A stretch of DNA of 64,000 nt from Eledone cirrhosa (lineage: Eukaryota). The notes under the pieces were generated by a model. The model was not told where the DNA came from and did no database searches. It was given only the letters and a program-made list of their open reading frames with translations. Positions 56,801 through 64,000 of this stretch are shown here, piece after piece; position 1 is the stretch's first letter; every line of letters starts with the position of its first letter. Location of the stretch: NCBI GenBank assembly GCA_964016885.1, contig OZ024765.1, positions 8,804,001-8,868,000 on the forward strand, in the 5' to 3' direction. The translations under genes were made by a program, and so were the position numbers.

Positions 56801-58775
56801 TTAATTAGGTTTATAATATTTAAATGTTTTTCTTAGTTTATGATTACACGATATAATTAATTCTTGTCGCTTATTTAATAGGATATCCTTAGATTTCATT
56901 ATTTCAAATAGTTCTTGGGAACACAATCTACATTCATTTCTATTATTTTGATAAGGGGTGGCTCTTTTGAGCACACTCCAGGTCATATCATATTCTATAT
57001 TCTTATTTCTATAACTATTAATTTTTTCTGCTCGAGATGTTGTATTGGCCAGTGCGGCATTTTTAAAACTATGTTTGTGGGTATTAAACCTTACCTTAAA
57101 ATTGTTAGAAGTAGCTCCTATATATGAGCAAATAGAATCCTTAGTTTTAACTTTACATTTATAAACTATGTTGTTAACAAGACAATTTCCTTTTAATGGG
57201 CAGTTTGCCTTGTTTCTACAGTTACAACCTTTCGTTAATTCTGTATTTGAGGAGATATTATGGTTAGTTTGATGTATTGGTGGTATACTTATGGTTTTTT
57301 TACATTTATATGCATTATAGGCGCTTATATTTTGTTTTATGTTTTTGGTTGTTGAGTATGAGAATTTAACTGTTGATCTATTTAAGATTTGATGGTATTT
57401 GTGGTTTGGTGGGAAGATTTTCTGTAGGATATTAAAAATTTTTTTAGGTATATTATCCTTAATTTGTAAATGGAGCATTATACCAAGTAACTCGTCTATT
57501 ACGGTTTCTATGTTGTTTATTGTTTTTATAGGATGCATCCTGATGTTTACTAGGAGGATTAATGTTAATGACCTCACCACGCACATTTTTAGTTAGATTT
57601 ATTGATTTAGGTGTTTTAGCTTGTTTATTAGGAGTTTTATTATTAACATTTATTAGAGTTGTATGATGAGTAGTTTTTTGAGAGTTACTATACTTTATAT
57701 TAGAGGAGTTAGAGAAATTTGGTTTTATGTTGGTATTTTGGGGTATAGTGTGAGTGGCATTTAGGTGTGTACTTTTCATTTGGTGTTTGTTGGTAATATT
57801 AGGTTGTATGTTTATAGTGTTATTAGTAGAAGGTATATATTCCAATCTATTTTTGTGGCCACTTCTATCTAGAGCTTCGTTATAGAAGGTCGCATTTTTA
57901 TCAAATACATCTTGGTTAGATGAAAGGTTAGAAATTCTAAGTGATATATTATATGCAAGGTTTTTAAGGATAGATTTAGGGTGATTAGATTGTGAGTGTA
58001 TGTAGTGTAAGTTTTGGTTGGGTTTATGGTAAGGTTGGTAGATACCCGTAGCCAAGTCTAAAGTTATATCTAGGAAATTAACTACTTTACTTGTGTTTTC
58101 AAAAGTAATATCAAGACTATAATAGTCTTTAAGGAAAGTTCTAATAAGCTTTTTGTTTTTTTCTATTCCTGAGAGGCTAAGGTTGTTGGAAAGAAGAAGA
58201 CAGTCATCACGATATAAACCACCTTTAAGGTGGGGAAAGGAAGCATTTATGTTAAAAAGAAGAAAGAGGCCCACAAGATCGGTAATTTGGGCAGAATCGC
58301 TTGAACCCATAGTAATATCAAATAGATTACTATATGTGTTTCTGGTCCAGTATTCATTCTGAAATTCAATAAGTGTTAGTCTAGCATGTGTAATAATATT
58401 AATGTCATCCAAAGTTAAGTTAGATCTATTTTTAGCAAATATCAAAGCTTTGTTAAGGAGTATAGGTGATATAGAAGAATAGTAATTATCTATATCAAAT
58501 TGTAGAAATGAAGCAGAAGATTTACATCTAATATTATTAAACCAGTTAATTACCTGGGAAGTGTTTTCCCAGAGTGGTAAATTAACATGTTTTCTTATTT
58601 GTGGGATGACTCTATCCAAAATTTTTTTGCTAATTATTCCAATATCCGATTTGGAGGGACATATAAGTCTTATAGAAGGATTAGAGTTAAAGTTTGATTT
58701 ATGATCTTTCAGGTTGAAATGTGGTCTTTTCAATGCCAAAGGTTCAGTTCTATCTTCAATGTTTAGTTTATTCAC
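56801..58775 (-). pseudogene. Naiad-like RT plus GIY-YIG with one frameshift near 57460
   Basis: FDIDNYY, FDITMGSSDSAQITDLVG, GLYRDDCL, CNCRNKANCPLKGNC, YIGAT..RFNTH, CRLC..E, LLNKRQE..SCNH. Confidence 0.88.
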
Positions 58776-58873
58776 TATGTTGTGTGTTTTGTTGTTGATG
58801 TTGGTGAATGTAAGTGTGTGTGGGCGTGTTTATATGAGCGCCTCAATATCCATATAGTTATAATAATATTATA

Positions 58874-58936
<63 letters not shown>

Positions 58937-59043
58937 ATGTATGTATGTATGTGTGTGTATGTGTGTGCATGTATGTATGTGTATGTATATGTATGTGTGT
59001 ATATATATGTGTGTGTATATGTGTATGTATATGTATGTGTATA

Positions 59044-59102
<59 letters not shown>

Positions 59103-59340
59103 TGTCTGTAGATTGTAGACATTAGCCCTAAATTTTTATATTTACTTACACTTTTTCAACATGCGTATACATATGAATATACAATTTTATGCACATCTGT
59201 GAACGGTTTTACATACATATATACACACACCTAACTGTATTTTCTTGATAAATTTTTATGTATTTCATTGGTCTATTTAAAATCTGTTCCCAAACAGACC
59301 TGTAATTTTGAATTATCGTTATTATCAATAAATATACATC

Positions 59341-59477
59341 ATTATTTCTGAAGACAGCATATATATGTGAAGGTATGTATATTCTCTTTGATAGTTTGTA
59401 TAATTTTGTACATAGATCTTTTGAATATGCATACCAATTCTAACACATATATGTCCTAGAAACGATCGTAAAATAAT
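59341..59477 (+). ncRNA. Hammerhead motif with a ~100-nt stem II domain
   Basis: attattt CTGAAGA cagcatatatatgtg...cacatatatgtccta GAAA cgatcg TA aaataat. Confidence 0.65.
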
Positions 59478-59705
59478 GAACTTTTTTTGTTTAATATAAG
59501 GAACTGTTTCTTTGTTTATTCATTATTTTTTTAATAATTTATCTTGACTCTGTATTCCGTTTATCTTTCACCGAAAGTGATTTTTGAATGCATCTCTTCT
59601 TTGCATGATATCCGGATTACATTGAGTTCTTCATACGGATTGGACACTACCGTAAACTCTTGGTAGATTTATCTACATATATGTATATATATATATATAC
59701 ATATG

Positions 59706-59912
<207 letters not shown>

Positions 59913-59915
59913 GTG

Positions 59916-59980
<65 letters not shown>

Positions 59981-60499
59981 ATATTTATGTATATATATAA
60001 ATGTATATATATATAAACCACCAAATTTAAACAAATAATTACTTCTTATCCAGTTGAGCGCCTTATGATGAAATAGAGTACAGATGTTCTTTCACTGATG
60101 TGGGACCTTTACCACCGTGGGATTGATAACATACCAGTAGGGCTTTGTCTGGCATAAACACGCCTGCCTCACAACTCGAACCAGGCCCTGAATTAACACC
60201 TGTCCACACTAGGAGCAACCAACACTCTGTAGGACTTTACGAGTTCTTTCAGACGTCCACACAACCCCCTCTTCTTCCTGACGTCCTTTACCTTATACTG
60301 ACGGAGTTCTACCATTATAGTTCTGGATTTCTGGGTATCTGCATGAACGGTTACTGCTCAAACATGAACTACATCTCACCTGATGTCCACTCTCCATATT
60401 CTATTCTTTTCAAACTCTACTTTCAAACTTAACTTTTGTTTACGAAACTTCAATGTTTCTAAGTTTTACTATTTTTTGGCTCTGCAGTATATTTGTTTA

Positions 60500-60762
60500 T
60501 ATTACACTGCCTCCGTCATCCAGAAGAGACAGCATCACAACTTGTGCTCTGGAAGCGGGCAGTCGGACAAAGAAATATGGGAAGACAGGCCGTCTCATTC
60601 ATTGATGCCCCGCTGAGAGATGCCGACATTGATAACATCGATCAACTGAGAAATGTCATGCTTGACTGGGACAATTGGAGAAAGTGTGCTGAATCTTTGC
60701 GAGTGCAAAGTCAGCCATAGTAGTAGTGATAGTGGTGGTGGTAGTAGTGGGAGTAGTAGTTA
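60500..60762 (+). mobile_element. RTE-type 3' fragment of a different family with a (TAG)n-like tail
   Basis: HCLRHPEETASQLVLWK..GR..MLDWDNWRK, then tagtagtag. Confidence 0.6.
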
Positions 60763-60964
60763 TGTTATACTCTATTTGTTGTTTTGTATTCCTAATTTTG
60801 TATATTTGTTTGTCTATTGTTTATCTTTCATTCCCATGACTTCCACTCTGTGTTATGTCACACATTCTTTACCTAAGTTCTTTTACTTTCAATGTCCCCG
60901 ATGTAGGAACACAGAATACCAAACAGGGTGTAATGTATGTTACACTCTATCTGATATTTTCTAT

Positions 60965-61572
60965 TCCTATATTTTTATATTTGTATGTTTAACAACTGAT
61001 GTAGGTAGTTTGTTCCATGCTTCAGCAAGTCTGAGCGTGGAAAAATGTTTCCAAAAGTCATGTAAGCTGTACTGTTTTCTGATTTTGTAGGCATGCCCAT
61101 GTGTGTTAGACACATGGAATTCAAAAACGTGCTCAGGGTTGTTATTGGAAAGATGGTTAATAATTTTGTGGGTATCTACCAAAACTGTTGCTAGACATCA
61201 GAGCTTCAATGTATCCATGCCCAGGGAAGCAAAGCATTCAGAGTATGGTAGAGGCCTGATGGAGGGGCGACATCAGATGCAGTGTTGGTGGATCTCAGCA
61301 AGCATGGAGGTTTTAAAGGATGCAGTGTCTCGACAGCTAACAACTGATGCAGGGAATTTGTTCCATGCTTCAGCAACTCTGAGAGTGGAAAAATGTTTCC
61401 GAAAGTCAAGGGAGCTGTGCTGTTTTCTGACTTTGTAGGCATGCCAATGGCTGTTTGACACATGGAACTCAAAAAGTTGCTCAGGGTTGTTGGCAAGATG
61501 GTTAATAATTTTGTGGGTGTTTACCAATTCAGTTGCCAGACATCGGACCTTCAATGTCTCCATGCCCAGGGA
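60965..61572 (-). mobile_element. Tandem CR1-type LINE C-terminal fragments (~345-bp period)
   Basis: Two copies of GH.YK.RKQ..DF.KHFSTLR.AEAWNK.P.SVV. Confidence 0.7.
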
Positions 61573-61595
61573 TGGTGATTGCTGGGTGAAAAACC

Positions 61596-61636
<41 letters not shown>

Positions 61637-61711
61637 GAAGGAAATGTGGTAAGGAACCAGATGGACCATAACGCACCAAAGTACTTAATACTTAGGGTAG
61701 TAGAGTGGGTA

Positions 61712-61768
61712 ATAGGAACGAGTAGGACCCCGACGGCTGAGCTCAGCCGTCGGGGTCCTACTCGTTCC

Positions 61769-61771
<3 letters not shown>
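61712..61771. repeat. Perfect 60-bp palindrome with no loop
   Basis: ataggaacgagtaggaccccgacggctgag|ctcagccgtcggggtcctactcgttcctat. Confidence 0.95.
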
Positions 61772-61799
<28 letters not shown>

Positions 61800-62097
61800 A
61801 AATGAAGTTTTTTTTTAAATGACATGTCCTACACGAGTGAAAGTATAAGGAAAAAAGATTATATCCAAAATGAAAATGGAGTCTTTTAAAGTATATTTAT
61901 TTGTTTCCTTTACCTGTTTCACAATTCTTTTCACATGCTTTTCAAAAGTAGAATTGAGATGGTATGTTTGTGGAAAAAACCACAAACCCTCCATCTCAAT
62001 TCTATTTTTGAAAAGCATAAGGACCGTGAAACCGGTAGGGGAAACAAATAAATATTCTTAAAAAGACTCCAGTTGCATTTTCGATTTCATCTTTTTT

Positions 62098-62102
<5 letters not shown>
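61800..62102. mobile_element. Head-to-head pLTR pair of the 32365 Neptune-like family with degenerate U3-A8 hammerheads
   Basis: TTGAAAA gcat..gt GAAA c(a/c)gg TA on both strands (61907-61950 minus, 62001-62041 plus). Confidence 0.7.
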
Positions 62103-62137
<35 letters not shown>

Positions 62138-62173
62138 GGAGGAAACAACAAACAGTAGAACAAAAAGTCTTAA

Positions 62174-63029
62174 CCCTTTAGCATTTACATTACTCTATAT
62201 ATACTATTATATTTTCACAGTAAAGGCTTTACCTCACATAATACCTCACATAGCATTTACATTACTCTATATATACTATTATATTTTCACAGTAAAGGCT
62301 TTACTTCACATAATACCTCACATAGCATTTACATTACTCTATATATACTATTGTATTTTCACAGTAAAGACTTTACCTTACATAATATCTCACATAACAT
62401 TTACATTACTCTATATATACTATTGTATTTTCACAGTAAAGACTTTACCTTACATAATATCTCACATAACATTTACATTACTCTATATATACTATTGTAT
62501 TTTCACAGTAAAGACTTTACCTTACATAATATCTCACATAACATTTACATTACTCTATATATACTATTGTATTTTCACAGTAAAGACTTTACCTTACATA
62601 ATATCTCACATAACATTTACATTACTCTATATATACTATTGTATTTTCACAGTAAAGACTTTACCTTACATAATATCTCACATAACATTTACATTACTCT
62701 ATATATACTATTGTATTTTCACAGTAAAGACTTTACCTTACATAATATCTCACATAACATTTACATTACTCTATATATACTATTGTATTTTCACAGTAAA
62801 GACTTTACCTTACATAATATCTCACATAACATTTACATTACTCTATATATACTATTGTATTTTCACAGTAAAGACTTTACCTTACATAATATCGAATCTA
62901 TGAGATTTTGATATTATTTATTTTGAGAACAATAACTTAACATCAGTATGAGCAGCCAGATACAGCCAGTTTGAACAGAGAAAAGTGAGAGAATTCTGGC
63001 CGGATATGGCTGGTTTAAATGCTAAAGGG
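62174..63029. mobile_element. Non-autonomous piggyBac-type element (MITE)
   Basis: TTAA|CCCTTTAGCATTTA ... TAAATGCTAAAGGG|TTAA. Confidence 0.8.
62179..62893. repeat. 72-bp minisatellite, ~10 copies
   Basis: 24-aa period in ORF 62136..62903. Confidence 0.95.
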
Positions 63030-63254
63030 TTAACATGAAAATAGTCTCAGACAAACTCAGTCCATCTCATTTTACAGAAACTTTTTATTTTTTCGAAAGG
63101 GTTAATAGACTCATGTTTTATATTTAAAAGGGGAAAGAAAGTTCAACATGTTGGGCTTTAACCCCTCTTCAGGAGTACAAAAATAGAGACAAGATCACAA
63201 AGGATAGATAGAGAGATTAAAAGGTTGTCCGTAGTAAAATAAACCCCCAAATAA

Positions 63255-63442
63255 TTGTTTCTACATTTGGCACAAGGCCAGCAAATTACCCAGTGCATTA
63301 CTGGTACTTTATTTTATCGACCCCGTAAGGATGAAAGGCAAAGTCAACCTCGGCGGGATTTGAACTCAGATCGTAAAGGGACGTAACTATGCTGCAAAGC
63401 ATGGCGTCCGACTCTCTACCGATACTGCCAATCCACCGCCCC
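63255..63442 (-). mobile_element. tRNA-derived SINE with a Nin/Deu-like core
   Basis: Homologous to 38456-38643. Confidence 0.75.
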
Positions 63443-63597
63443 AATAAACCCCCAAATAATGAGAGTAGATAAGACAAACTGTTAGGTTGTCTTGGTAACG
63501 ATAATCCACTCTGTCCCAGCATGGAAATATGGATGTAAAACAGGTGACAATGATAGAATATAAATATGAAAATCATCATTTTATAATACATACATAC

Positions 63598-64000
63598 GGA
63601 ACGAAGCCTGCATGTTCCGCTGGGTGTGAACGGCAAAGCATAAATGAACTAAGTGATAAATTAGGTATAAGAGGGATCAGATGCTGTTTACTTGAGAGAA
63701 GACTACGTTGGTATGGTCAGGTGATGCGCATGAAAGACGACAGTTGTATAAAAAAGTTCAGGGTGATCAAAAATTGATGGAAGTTATGGAGTAGGTAGAC
63801 CCAGAAAAACCTGGGACGATTTGATAAATTCCAACCTCACACACTTGCACCTCTCTAAGACAATGTCACTGGACCGAGATCTTTGACGCTACGTAGTAAT
63901 ACCGAAGTACAAAGCGAAACCTACAGTCAGTAGGCACCTCTTAATGAAATACACACCCCCAACCCACTACCCCAACTCCCCCACCTCCACCAACACCACC
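63598..64000 (+). mobile_element. Degenerate RTE 3' fragment running off the window
   Basis: RRLRWYGQVMRMKDDSCIKK; homologous to 9075-9400 and 17771-18000. Confidence 0.8.

Larger units (their letters stand above)
53640..59545 (-). mobile_element. Naiad-like PLE, 5'-truncated, with a microsatellite-rich 3' UTR, nested insertions and an inverted 3' copy at the 5' junction
   Basis: ORFs 57459..58775 and 56801..57586; 54860-54932 inverted at 58805-58880; 53640-53830 inverted in 59100-59545. Confidence 0.8.

Noticed and set aside
62136-62911. Repeat membrane-like proteins
   Set aside because: They are translations of the 72-bp minisatellite inside a MITE.

Overview
A eukaryotic, almost entirely repetitive window, probably from an octopod cephalopod (inferred from the SINE and RTE families and the AT microsatellite load). 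No host exon is recognisable. Long (TA)n-type microsatellites are broken up by dozens of transposon insertions. These include one complete ~8.2 kb Helitron whose RepHel ORF is split only by an RTE fragment, one full-length ~4.2 kb AviRTE-like RTE LINE with an HDV-like ribozyme fold exactly at its 5' end, many (GAT)n-tailed RTE 3' fragments, CR1-type fragments, several tRNA-derived SINEs (one with a ~32x 49-bp internal array), a piggyBac-type MITE with a 72-bp array, and at least six Penelope-like element (PLE) remnants of Naiad-, Neptune- and Poseidon-like type. The most notable unannotated layer is RNA structure. I found roughly 25-28 hammerhead-ribozyme motifs by eye, including U3-A8 compensated cores, CAG-core variants and a long stem II insertion. 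Most lie in head-to-head fold-back pairs whose 3' ends point outward into TA tracts, and one sits in a non-coding 317-bp tandem unit resembling a retrozyme. Coordinates were read by eye and may be off by a few bases. Family names are from motif recognition, not database searches.
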